DNA of 64,000 nt from assembly GCA_963793265.1 (NCBI GenBank), contig CAWBZI010000004.1:576001-640000 (forward strand). The letters are read 5' to 3'. The stretch's first letter is position 1. Every line of letters starts with the position of its first letter. The DNA comes from an uncultured cyanobacterium. GTDB taxonomy: Bacteria > Cyanobacteriota > Cyanobacteriia > Phormidesmidales > Phormidesmidaceae. Made by a program: the position numbers and the translations under genes. Positions 52,164 through 61,576 of this stretch are shown here, one piece after another. Below the pieces are notes generated by a model that saw nothing but the letters and a program-made list of their open reading frames with translations, was not told the DNA's origin and did no database searches.

Positions 52164-54908
52164 ATGTCTTTCGACACATCGGCCTCAGGGGATACAGCGC
52201 TGCTCGGCTATGAAGAAAATTCACCACTAAGCACCCAGCTATCGACACCTGCTCTCTCGAATCTTGGAACAACTCAATCTCAGCGACCATCAGCGCTATC
52301 TTCTCCCGAGGCGGCAGCGTGGTTTAGTACTGTCCGTAATGCAACGACTCGGCAAGCTATCGAAGATCTGTTTGCAGATGGGTTCGCCAGCGACTTCTTT
52401 CGTACTAATCTTCAATCTGTTGGCTATGGCTCAGCGGGTGATGACTTTAGCGATCGCCCCTATTCAGCCAACGCCGATCAGCTCACGGGTGTATCTATAG
52501 CCTCAACAGACAATACTGATCCCCTATTAAGTGGCGGCATAGAAGATATTGCGGGCGCAGATACCGTCAGCGGACAGTCGCTTTTCTTCGCGCAAAACGA
52601 CACGCGAGGCACCGCGCAAAATTTAGGTACGCTCAACAACGTGCGCACCATCAATGGCCACGTGGGTACTGGCGATGATAACGACTTTTTCCGCTTTAAT
52701 CTTTCAGGCACTCGTAGCTTCAATCTGTCTTTGACTGGTATGAGCGCCGATGCTGATGTTCGACTGCTGAACAGTAGCGGGCAAACCATCCAAAGTTCGA
52801 CTAGAGCTGGCTCTAGCTCAGAAAGTATTAGCCGTACGCTCAATGCGGGCACTTACTACGCGCAGGTATACCGATACAGGAGCGCTAGCACTCGCTATAG
52901 CCTAAGACTCTCAGAAACGCCGCAGGATTCGGCGGGCAATACTCGAGGGGCGGCTCGCAATTTAGGTACGCTCTCAGGGACTCGCAACTTTCAAGATTTC
53001 GTTGGGACGAGCGATCGCAACGACTACTACCGCTTCAGTATTGACCGTAGAAGCGACTTTGACCTATCGATGACGGGCCTGAGCGCCGACGCTGATGTAC
53101 AGCTACTAGACAGCGATGGTCAGCTCATCCGTAGCTCACTTAGAAGCGGCAGCAGCTCAGAAAGCATCACTCAGCTTTTAGATGTGGGCGACTATTTCGT
53201 CCGGGTTTATCCATACACCGGCAATACCAACTACACCCTAAATCTGGATACAACGATCACTCAATCAGATGGTGCAGGCAATACTCGTAGCGCCGCTCGC
53301 GACATCGGTACCCTCGGCAGCAGTCAGACGTTTCAAGATTTTGTAGGCACTACCGACGCCAACGACTACTACCGTTTCGATCTCTCACAAAACAGCAACT
53401 TCAGCCTGGCAATGACCGAGCTGAGCGCTGACGCTGACGTTCAGCTACTCAACAGCAGCGGCCAGATCATTGAAGGATCGTATCGAGAAAACAGCCTCGA
53501 CGAATCGATTACGCGAACCCTCAATGCAGGTGCTTATTATGTCAGGGTCTTCCCTTTCAGCACTAGCAACACTAGCTACGCACTATCGGTATCGGCCAGC
53601 GCTGCTAGCTCACCTGATGGAGCCGGAAACACCCGCAGCACTGCCCGCAATATCGGCACCCTCTCAAGCAGTCAAACGTTTCAAGACTTCGTAGGCACCA
53701 ATGACACCAACGACTACTACCGCTTTAATCTCAGCGAAAGCAGCACCTTCAACCTTGCCCTCACTGGCCTGAGCGCCGATGCAGACGTGCGGCTCCTCAA
53801 TAGCAGCGGCATAACGATTCAAAGTTCACTAAGATCAGGCTCTAACTCAGAGAGCATCACACGCGCCCTCGCAGCCGGTACCTACTACGTACAGATTTAT
53901 CCATTCAGCGGAGCCAGTACAAACTACCAGCTCAGAGTGGGAGCTTCTGTTACCGAAGGTGGCTTCAACAACACCTATGGCTATGGACTGGTAAATGCAG
54001 CGACAGCCGTTGCTAATGCGCTGGGTCAAACCACGCCGTTGCCTAATGCGCCCAACTTAGGCGGCAACAACTGGGGCGCTGATATGGTAAATGCGCCTGA
54101 AGCTTGGGCTCAAGGTCACACGGGCGACGGCATTGTTGTCGCTGTTGTTGATTCTGGCGTTGACTATTCCCACATCGACCTGCGTGACAATATATGGGTC
54201 AATACTGGCGAAATTGCTAACAACGGCATTGATGACGACGGTAATGGCTTCATAGATGACACAACTGGCTGGGACTTTAGCAGCAACGACAATAGGCCCT
54301 TGGATGTAGAAGGTCATGGTACGCATGTGGCCGGTACGATTGCTGCTACCAATAACAATACTGGCGTTACCGGTATTGCTTATGGCGCACGGATTATGCC
54401 TGTGCGGGTACTAGGTGATAACGGCAGCGGCTCTAGTAGTGATGTTGCTGCAGGCATTCGCTATGCCGCCGCTAATGGAGCCGATGTGATCAACTTGAGC
54501 TTGGGTAGCTCTCGTCCTAATAGCACCATTGAAGCGGCTATTGAGTATGCAACTGAGCAAGGTAGCTTTGTGGTGATGGCCTCGGGTAACGAGTATGCAT
54601 CTGAGACTGGATACCCGGCTCGCTATGCGACTGACTACGGCATTGCAGTCGGCGCGGTTGATAGAAATAGGCAGGCCGCTGACTTCTCAAATGATGCAGG
54701 CACCGATTCGAGCCTACAGTATGTGGTTGCCCCAGGGGTTGATATCGTTTCAACCTCGCCTAACAATCGGTACCGCCCTTTGAGTGGAACCTCTATGGCG
54801 ACGCCTCACGTGGCTGGCGTGGTAGCGCTCATGCTCTCTGCTAATGCTGATTTGACTCATGCTCAAATTAGACAAATTTTGACTAGCTCAGCAACCGCGC
54901 TGTCTTAG
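52164..54908 (+). CDS. S8 subtilase with four N-terminal PPC-type repeats
   Basis: VVDSG, HGTHVAG, GTSMATPHVAG triad; four GNT...A.NLG...DYYRF...DADV.LL repeats. Confidence 0.93.
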   Translation: MSFDTSASGDTALLGYEENSPLSTQLSTPALSNLGTTQSQRPSALSSPEAAAWFSTVRNATTRQAIEDLFADGFASDFFRTNLQSVGYGSAGDDFSDRPYSANADQLTGVSIASTDNTDPLLSGGIEDIAGADTVSGQSLFFAQNDTRGTAQNLGTLNNVRTINGHVGTGDDNDFFRFNLSGTRSFNLSLTGMSADADVRLLNSSGQTIQSSTRAGSSSESISRTLNAGTYYAQVYRYRSASTRYSLRLSETPQDSAGNTRGAARNLGTLSGTRNFQDFVGTSDRNDYYRFSIDRRSDFDLSMTGLSADADVQLLDSDGQLIRSSLRSGSSSESITQLLDVGDYFVRVYPYTGNTNYTLNLDTTITQSDGAGNTRSAARDIGTLGSSQTFQDFVGTTDANDYYRFDLSQNSNFSLAMTELSADADVQLLNSSGQIIEGSYRENSLDESITRTLNAGAYYVRVFPFSTSNTSYALSVSASAASSPDGAGNTRSTARNIGTLSSSQTFQDFVGTNDTNDYYRFNLSESSTFNLALTGLSADADVRLLNSSGITIQSSLRSGSNSESITRALAAGTYYVQIYPFSGASTNYQLRVGASVTEGGFNNTYGYGLVNAATAVANALGQTTPLPNAPNLGGNNWGADMVNAPEAWAQGHTGDGIVVAVVDSGVDYSHIDLRDNIWVNTGEIANNGIDDDGNGFIDDTTGWDFSSNDNRPLDVEGHGTHVAGTIAATNNNTGVTGIAYGARIMPVRVLGDNGSGSSSDVAAGIRYAAANGADVINLSLGSSRPNSTIEAAIEYATEQGSFVVMASGNEYASETGYPARYATDYGIAVGAVDRNRQAADFSNDAGTDSSLQYVVAPGVDIVSTSPNNRYRPLSGTSMATPHVAGVVALMLSANADLTHAQIRQILTSSATALS

Positions 54909-55025
54909 TCTTTGGCTGTAGGGTTCTCCTATAGTTGCTCGGTCACGATGGATGTAACTCCTTGTGACCGGTCGATTTTTTTGGTGCGATCGCTATTTTT
55001 CACGTTTTGCAGTACAGTAAATCGC

Positions 55026-56336
55026 ATGAAAGATGCTGCAAACAACAGACCTATTGCAATCGACCTGTTCTCGGGAGCCGGAGGGCTTGGCTTAGGCTTC
55101 GAGCAAGCTGGATTCGACGTGCCGGTTGCCGTTGAAATTGATCCAGTCCATGCGGCTGTTCATCAATTTAACTTTCCGCACTGCCAAACGCTTCCTAGAT
55201 CAGTTACAGACATCACAGGGAAAGAGATCCGACAGATCGCTAACCTCTCTGAAAAGCAGCCGATTGCTGTGGTGATGGGAGGCGCACCTTGTCAAGGCTT
55301 TTCGATCATGGGGCCTCGATCTACGAGCGATCCGCGTAATGCGTTAGTGAAAGATTTTTTGCGGCTAGTGGGTGAGCTTCAGCCGCAGTATTTTGTATTT
55401 GAGAATGTGAAGGGACTGACGGGCGATCGCTACAAACACATCTTCAACGCTATCCTCAATGACATCGCTAGCCTCAACTACCGCCTCATCAACCCCTGGC
55501 AAGTCCTCAACGCTCGCGACTACGGCGTACCTCAAAGTAGAGAAAGGCTGTTCTTAATCGGTGCAAAAAAAGGTTTGCCTGTGCCCACCTATCCGATACC
55601 TACTACAGCGCCGCCTACCTGCGCAGAAGCGTTAGATGATTTACCCGATGCTGATCTGTTCCACCAGCTTGTTGCTGCTGGGGAAGTTCCAATGCCACAG
55701 AGCCGACGACGGCTCAGCGACTACGCTGCTCTGATGCGATGCACGACTAAGCAGGGCTGGCACTATGGCTACCGCAGACAGTGGAACCCAAAGCTACTGA
55801 CCAATAGCATTCGCACCAGCCATTCCGAACGCTCAATGGTGCGCTTTGCCAATACCGAACCCGGCACCCGAGAGCCCATTTCTCACTTTTTTCGTCTATC
55901 GGCTGACGGCATTTCTACAACCCTCAGGGCCGGTACTGATTCGGCTCGTGGTTCATTCACGAGCCCCAGACCCATTCATTACCGGCACGCCCGCTGCATT
56001 ACCGTGCGCGAAATGGCCCGGCTTCACGGGTTTCCTGACTGGTTTCGCTTGCATAATACAAAGTGGCACGGGGCCAGGCAGGTTGGGAATTCGGTGCCGC
56101 CGCCTTTGGGTAGAGCGATCGCCACCCAAATTCTCAAAGCGCTAGATCACTCACCCACCGCTCCACAAAAGATACTGCCCGCAAGCGACGAGCGGTTACT
56201 AGACATGGTTGCTTCCCAGGCCGCTCAATATTGGGGAATTGAAAGCCCTATTCGTCAGCGAGACAAGGCGAATCTGCAATGGGCAAAGCGTGGCCGTGCT
56301 GATTCAAGTACTCAACCTGCTGTTCTTTCAGTCTAA
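55026..56336 (+). CDS. Orphan C5-cytosine DNA methyltransferase, probably CGATCG-specific (M.Ssp6803I/DmtC-like)
   Basis: DLFSGAGG, PCQGFS, ENV, PQSRER; TRD TLRAGT...G.FT.PRPIHY recalled as typical of this family. Confidence 0.85.
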   Translation: MKDAANNRPIAIDLFSGAGGLGLGFEQAGFDVPVAVEIDPVHAAVHQFNFPHCQTLPRSVTDITGKEIRQIANLSEKQPIAVVMGGAPCQGFSIMGPRSTSDPRNALVKDFLRLVGELQPQYFVFENVKGLTGDRYKHIFNAILNDIASLNYRLINPWQVLNARDYGVPQSRERLFLIGAKKGLPVPTYPIPTTAPPTCAEALDDLPDADLFHQLVAAGEVPMPQSRRRLSDYAALMRCTTKQGWHYGYRRQWNPKLLTNSIRTSHSERSMVRFANTEPGTREPISHFFRLSADGISTTLRAGTDSARGSFTSPRPIHYRHARCITVREMARLHGFPDWFRLHNTKWHGARQVGNSVPPPLGRAIATQILKALDHSPTAPQKILPASDERLLDMVASQAAQYWGIESPIRQRDKANLQWAKRGRADSSTQPAVLSV

Positions 56337-56485
56337 TAATTCGTAGTACTCAGCAGACATTTCTAAAAGCGGCATGTAGTGTTCTTGCAAATTAGCGAAC
56401 TCGCTCTCAGTGTAAATATAATACAGTCTCATATACAACAAAATATAGAATCGTCTGTTCATCATTTGTTCCTATGAACGACCTC

Positions 56486-56920
56486 TTACTTATGTGCCGA
56501 TAAATAGGTCATAAAGGAATTAACACCAAGCATTTGAATGTTGTGCTTTGCCATAGCAATTCTAAGAGCATCGTCAGCGCGTAGATCGTCATCCCCAGAA
56601 ACAATAGCGGCTGCTTTGCCGTCAATAGCGGCTGCTAGAACTGGTAGATCTTTAGGATCTCGGCAATTTGGCGGTATTGTACTAACTTCTATCCAGATAG
56701 CACGTAGTTTCAACTGCTTTTCGAGCTGGATTGCCTGATCAGAGTCAATACGTTTGTGCAAGCGAGGACGATTCCAAACTTCGTGCAGTTCATCGAACAA
56801 AAACTGGCTCATCACCAGCTGAAAGTCGTTTTGATTGAATGCTGTGATGATAGGCCGGGTGATAGGGCCTCTTAGCAGAATCCGAATCCAAATATTTGTA
56901 TCAATAACAACTCGCAGCAT
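56486..56920 (-). CDS. PIN-family putative toxin
   Basis: RVVIDTN, CRDPKD, IVSGD.DL. Confidence 0.88.
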   Translation of the reverse strand: MLRVVIDTNIWIRILLRGPITRPIITAFNQNDFQLVMSQFLFDELHEVWNRPRLHKRIDSDQAIQLEKQLKLRAIWIEVSTIPPNCRDPKDLPVLAAAIDGKAAAIVSGDDDLRADDALRIAMAKHNIQMLGVNSFMTYLSAHK

Positions 56921-56927
56921 CGTAGAA

Positions 56928-57164
56928 CTAACGGTGCTGTTGACGAACAGCTTTAATTTCACTATTTATGTCAGCGTCGCTAATATCATTAACGGGCGGC
57001 TGACTATACAAGTCCTCAATTATAATAGCCAGCTCTGATTGAAGCTCTGACTCAATAAGAGCCTTGGCAACCTGCGATCGCTCCTCCGGTCGAAGCTTTT
57101 GAACTGCTGAAATTAGCTGATCTAGTGTAATAGGCACAGATATCATAAGAGTCTCCTTTCTCAA
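56928..57164 (-). CDS. Putative antitoxin
   Basis: Small protein directly upstream of the PIN gene; ISDADINSEIKAVR tail. Confidence 0.7.
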   Translation of the reverse strand: MRKETLMISVPITLDQLISAVQKLRPEERSQVAKALIESELQSELAIIIEDLYSQPPVNDISDADINSEIKAVRQQHR

Positions 57165-57355
57165 ATATTAGAGATTCGAGAACGATCTACTTTCTCAGTT
57201 TTTCGGCCTTCCTTTATCGCTTCTACGAGCGCGAAATCTTCAAGCACTCCAGTGAGCACCTCTCTAAAAAAGTCGCGGTTTTCGCTGAGCGTTTCAGCCA
57301 AGGCTGCTTTCATAGCCTGTTTTAGGGCTTCGGGTGGAATATCTGATCGAACCAT
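57161..57355 (-). CDS. Small antitoxin-like hypothetical protein
   Basis: LKQAMKAAL.E...LED.AL..AIKEG pattern; overlaps the next gene by 4 bp. Confidence 0.6.
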   Translation of the reverse strand: MVRSDIPPEALKQAMKAALAETLSENRDFFREVLTGVLEDFALVEAIKEGRKTEKVDRSRISNI

Positions 57356-57508
57356 TGGATAAGCCTTGTAGTGTTTGCCCCTTACGCCATTATAAAAAAA
57401 TAATCCTTGTGCATCATACCTTCTGAATAACTACCCCTGGAGTATAGTCCGCTAATTCGCCCGCTGGCTATTACGATAAAAGGGTTGAAAGGCAAGTGCG
57501 TATACGTA

Positions 57509-58498
57509 ATGGACATTAAATCGGGATTTGTCGGCACAGTAGGCAATACGCCCCTGATTCGGCTCAATAGCTTTAGTGAAGAAACGGGCTGCGAAATTTT
57601 GGGGAAGGCGGAGTTTCTGAACCCTGGTGGCTCTGTTAAAGACCGAGCGGCTCTCTATATTATTGAGCAGGCTGAAAAGGACGGTAGGCTAAAGCCCGGT
57701 GGCACAGTGGTAGAAGGCACTGCTGGGAATACGGGGATTGGGCTGACGCATATTTGTAATGCGAAGGGCTATAAGTGCGTCATTATTATTCCTGAAACGC
57801 AGTCTCAAGAAAAAATGGATTTGCTGCGGACGCTGGGTGCTGACGTTCGACCTATCCCGGCGGTGCCCTACAAAGATGACAATAACTACGTGAAGGTTTC
57901 TGGGCGTTTGGCCGACGAGCTAGATAATGCAATTTGGGCCAATCAGTTTGAGAACTTAGCAAACCGGCGATCGCACTACGAAGGCACTGGCCCTGAAATG
58001 TGGGCGCAAACGGGCGGCAAAATTGACGGCTGGACGGCGGCGACGGGTACAGGCGGCACTTTTGCAGGCGTATCGATGTTCCTCAAAGAGAAAAACCCTG
58101 ATGCTCGCTGCGTGGTGGCAGATCCGATGGGCAGCGGGCTGTATAGCTACGTAAAGACGGGCGAGATTAAGCCTGAAGGCGGCTCTATTACCGAAGGGAT
58201 TGGGAACAGCCGCATTACAGGGAATATGGAAGGTGCGCCGATTGATGATGCGATTCAGATAGATGACCATGAGGCGCTGCGAGTGATTTATCAGCTCCTA
58301 TATAAGGAGGGGCTGTTTATGGGCGGCTCGGTTGGCATTAACGTGGGGGCGGCGGTAGCTTTGGCTAAGGAAATGGGGCCGGGCCACACGATCGTCACGA
58401 TTTTGTGTGATGGGGGCTCTCGCTATCAGTCCAAGATTTTTAACCGCGAATGGCTTGAAGCAAAAGGGCTGTGGTCTGATGAGTTTTTACCTAGCTAG
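57509..58498 (+). CDS. cysK: Cysteine synthase (PLP-dependent)
   Basis: GNTPL, NPGGSVKDR, TAGNTG, GTGGT, CDGG.RY. Confidence 0.9.
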   Translation: MDIKSGFVGTVGNTPLIRLNSFSEETGCEILGKAEFLNPGGSVKDRAALYIIEQAEKDGRLKPGGTVVEGTAGNTGIGLTHICNAKGYKCVIIIPETQSQEKMDLLRTLGADVRPIPAVPYKDDNNYVKVSGRLADELDNAIWANQFENLANRRSHYEGTGPEMWAQTGGKIDGWTAATGTGGTFAGVSMFLKEKNPDARCVVADPMGSGLYSYVKTGEIKPEGGSITEGIGNSRITGNMEGAPIDDAIQIDDHEALRVIYQLLYKEGLFMGGSVGINVGAAVALAKEMGPGHTIVTILCDGGSRYQSKIFNREWLEAKGLWSDEFLPS

Positions 58499-58506
58499 GC
58501 GGTGAC

Positions 58507-59277
58507 ATGAATAGTGTTCTAGCTGGTTTTTTGGCGAGTTTGGGTGCGGGCTTAGCAACTGGTGTCGGTGCGCTACCCGTAATGCTGCCTTACAAAATGT
58601 CGCCAAAAACGCAAGGGATTTTGCTGGGCGTAGGCGGCGGTGTGATGCTGGCGGCGACCTCGTTTTCGCTGCTGATTCCGGGGACTGAGGCGGCGAGAAA
58701 CTTGGGTTATTCCGAGTCGGTGTCGGCTGGGATTATGGTGGCGGGCGTTTTACTCGGCGGCATTGCGCTGTGGCTGGCTCATGCGTTTTTTCCGCATGAG
58801 CATTTTTTTAAGGGTAAGGAAGGGCGTGAGGCTGAGAATTTTGAGCAGATTTGGCTGTTTGTGCTGGCGATCGCACTCCATAATTTTCCAGAAGGACTCA
58901 CGGTCGGCGTCAGCGTGGGCTCAGGTGCAGCGGGTGCACTTGCGCTTGCGGGCGGCATTGGCTTGCAGAATATGCCAGAAGGGCTGGTGGTTGCGATCGC
59001 CCTACGCAACTTAGGCTACTCCCCACGATATTCCCTCGGCATCTCCACCTTCACTGGCCTGATCGAACCTGTCGGCGGGCTACTTGGCGCAGGCATCGTC
59101 AGCTTTTCAGCCACCCTGCTCCCTTGGGGCATGGCCTTTGCCGCTGGGGCCATGCTGTTTGTCATCGTCGATGAAATCATTCCAGATATCGACCAAAAAG
59201 ACCTTGGGCAGGTGGGCACCTTCGGCCTGATGGTCGGATTTGTGGTGATGATGTTCTTAGATGTCACATTGGGTTAA
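58507..59277 (+). CDS. ZIP family metal transporter (ZupT/GufA)
   Basis: HNFPEG, QNMPEG, AAGAMLFV, PHEH loop. Confidence 0.93.
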   Translation: MNSVLAGFLASLGAGLATGVGALPVMLPYKMSPKTQGILLGVGGGVMLAATSFSLLIPGTEAARNLGYSESVSAGIMVAGVLLGGIALWLAHAFFPHEHFFKGKEGREAENFEQIWLFVLAIALHNFPEGLTVGVSVGSGAAGALALAGGIGLQNMPEGLVVAIALRNLGYSPRYSLGISTFTGLIEPVGGLLGAGIVSFSATLLPWGMAFAAGAMLFVIVDEIIPDIDQKDLGQVGTFGLMVGFVVMMFLDVTLG

Positions 59278-59310
59278 GGTTACCTATCCTTATACAAGCA
59301 AAAAGACCCC

Positions 59311-60378
59311 ATGGCAGAGCTAAATGTCAATACCTCGGCTCCCGTACTGGTCACTGGTGCAACCGGATATGTCGCAGGATGGCTAGTCAAACGATTGTTA
59401 GATAGAGGGCTTACGGTTCATGCCGCCGTCAGAGATCCCGCTAATGCAGACAAGCTTAAATACCTTAATGACATTGCACTAAGCGCGCCCGGCAGTATTC
59501 AATACTTCAAAGCAGACCTACTCGATACCGGCTCCTATGCCGAAGCAATGCAAGGCTGCGAAGTGGTTTTTCATACGGCCTCCCCTTTTACAATGGCTGC
59601 AAAAGATCCGCAAAAAGAACTGATCGAACCGGCACAGCTCGGCACCCGAAACGTTTTAGAGCAGGCCAATCAAATTGAGTCTGTTAAGCGTGTGGTGGTC
59701 ACCAGTAGCTGCGCGGCGATTTATGGCGACAATGCAGACTTAGCGCAAATCGAAGGCGACGAATTTACCGAAGCCGATTGGAACACATCCTCCTCACTCG
59801 ACCATCAGCCTTATGCCTACTCAAAAACGCTGGCCGAAAAGGAAGCCTGGAAAATTGCCAAACAGCAAAACCGCTGGGATCTTGTCACTATCAACCCCTC
59901 GCTAGTCGTTGGCCCAGGCATCAATCCATTTGCTACCTCAGCCTCTTTTACCCTGATAAAACAGTTTGGCGACGGCACGATGAAATCAGGCATGGTAGAT
60001 TTTGGCGTTGGCGCAGTAGACGTGCGAGATGTGGCTGATGCCCACATGGCGGCGGGATTCAACCCGGCAGCGAAAGGTCGCTATATCGTCTCTGGATACA
60101 ACACTCATTTTCCAGAATTTGCCGAAATTCTCAGACAAAAATTTGGCGACGATTATCCCATCCCCAAAACGACGCTGCCCAAGTGGCTTGTCTGGCTCGT
60201 TGGCCCTTTCTTAGCTAAGAACACCAGCCGTAAATTCATTGCTCGCAATATTGGGCTACCCTTTCGCGCTGATAATAGCAAAGGTATTAAAGACTTAGAC
60301 ATTCACTATCGCTCGCTCGAAACCTCTATCACCGAAATGTTTCAGCAGCTCATCGACAGCGGTATCTTGACCCCATAA
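59311..60378 (+). CDS. NAD(P)-dependent extended SDR (aldehyde reductase/epimerase family)
   Basis: TGATGYVA, HTASP, TSS, YxxSK. Confidence 0.9.
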   Translation: MAELNVNTSAPVLVTGATGYVAGWLVKRLLDRGLTVHAAVRDPANADKLKYLNDIALSAPGSIQYFKADLLDTGSYAEAMQGCEVVFHTASPFTMAAKDPQKELIEPAQLGTRNVLEQANQIESVKRVVVTSSCAAIYGDNADLAQIEGDEFTEADWNTSSSLDHQPYAYSKTLAEKEAWKIAKQQNRWDLVTINPSLVVGPGINPFATSASFTLIKQFGDGTMKSGMVDFGVGAVDVRDVADAHMAAGFNPAAKGRYIVSGYNTHFPEFAEILRQKFGDDYPIPKTTLPKWLVWLVGPFLAKNTSRKFIARNIGLPFRADNSKGIKDLDIHYRSLETSITEMFQQLIDSGILTP

Positions 60379-60439
60379 TCGCTGAATCTCATAGTCTATT
60401 CCCTTAGGTATAGATTTTTAGATATCGGTCAATTTTTAT

Positions 60440-60469
60440 TTGCTAAAGCGTACTCATTATGAGTATGAT
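60440..60469 (+). promoter_or_regulatory. Putative promoter with overlapping 7-1-7 palindrome (Fur/PerR-like)
   Basis: TTGCTA-18 nt-TATGAT; TACTCAT-T-ATGAGTA at 60451-60465. Confidence 0.5.
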
Positions 60470-60536
60470 ATGGGCTGTGGCAACGCGAATATTTGCGCAA
60501 ACCGCGCGTTTAACATCATAAGGAGATATCTATTTC

Positions 60537-61292
60537 ATGGCACTAGAGAATCGTGAAGGCCAAAAAGTTCCTAACGTTACCTTCCGTACGCGACAGAATG
60601 ACGAGTGGGTAGACGTGACAACCGACGATATTTTTAAAGGCAAAACTGTGGTTGTCTTTTCACTGCCGGGCGCATTTACGCCGACTTGTTCTTCTACTCA
60701 CCTGCCTGGCTACAATGAGTACGCCACTTTGCTAAAGCAAAACGGCGTTGACGATGTGGTGTGTATGTCGGTAAACGACACGTTTGTAATGAACGCTTGG
60801 GCGGTGAACCAAGAAGCTGAGAACATTACGGTACTTCCTGACGGTAACGGCGAATTCACGCAAGGCATGGGCATGCTGGTCGATAAAGAAGACCTCGGCT
60901 TTGGTAAGCGCTCCTGGCGCTATTCGATGCTGGTAAAAGACGGCACCGTTCAGAAAATGTTTATTGAGCCTGAAGTGCCTGGCGATCCTTTTGAAGTCTC
61001 AGATGCTGAGACAATGCTGAACTACATTAACGAAAAGGCAGGCAAGCCCCATCGCGTGTTTATGATCAGCAAGCCTGGCTGTTCTTTCTGTGAAAAAGCC
61101 AGAAATATGCTCGAAGCGCACGGCATGAGCTACGAGCAGGTTGAGCTAGGCGGTGGCGTCAGCACTAAGGCGCTCTATGCTGTTTCGGGTGAGGGCACGA
61201 CGCCTCAGATTTTCATTGACGGTCGCCTGGTTGGTGGGTCTGATGACTTGGAATCCTACTTTGAAAAGCTGAACGCTACGGCTGCTGCGTAG
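60537..61292 (+). CDS. Hybrid peroxiredoxin (Prx5)-glutaredoxin
   Basis: PGAFTPTCS, SVND.FVM, RSWRY; C-terminal CSFC and TPQIFIDG. Confidence 0.95.
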   Translation: MALENREGQKVPNVTFRTRQNDEWVDVTTDDIFKGKTVVVFSLPGAFTPTCSSTHLPGYNEYATLLKQNGVDDVVCMSVNDTFVMNAWAVNQEAENITVLPDGNGEFTQGMGMLVDKEDLGFGKRSWRYSMLVKDGTVQKMFIEPEVPGDPFEVSDAETMLNYINEKAGKPHRVFMISKPGCSFCEKARNMLEAHGMSYEQVELGGGVSTKALYAVSGEGTTPQIFIDGRLVGGSDDLESYFEKLNATAAA

Positions 61293-61576
61293 TCTTTGAT
61301 GGCACATAGCTTGCGCTGACAGCACATAGCTTGCCCAAGCTTGAGCCCTCCTTCTAAACCCGTAAAGTCTTGCACCACAGGGTTTTACTACATTGGAAGG
61401 AGGGTTTTTACGCCATAAAAAAGCGGCACACATCACGTCAATTCCTCTATGATCTGTATGTGTAAGCGAGCTGTGGCGATCGCTATTTTGAATAGTCGTA
61501 GCGGCTGAGCAACTATTTATATTGATAACAGTCCTAATTTATTTTTGATAATTCTTTTTCACTCCAGGAGCGACGT

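Noticed and set aside
50545..57355. Genomic island integrated at tRNA-Val (or at tRNA-Thr)
   Set aside because: No integrase and no duplicated tRNA 3' end found
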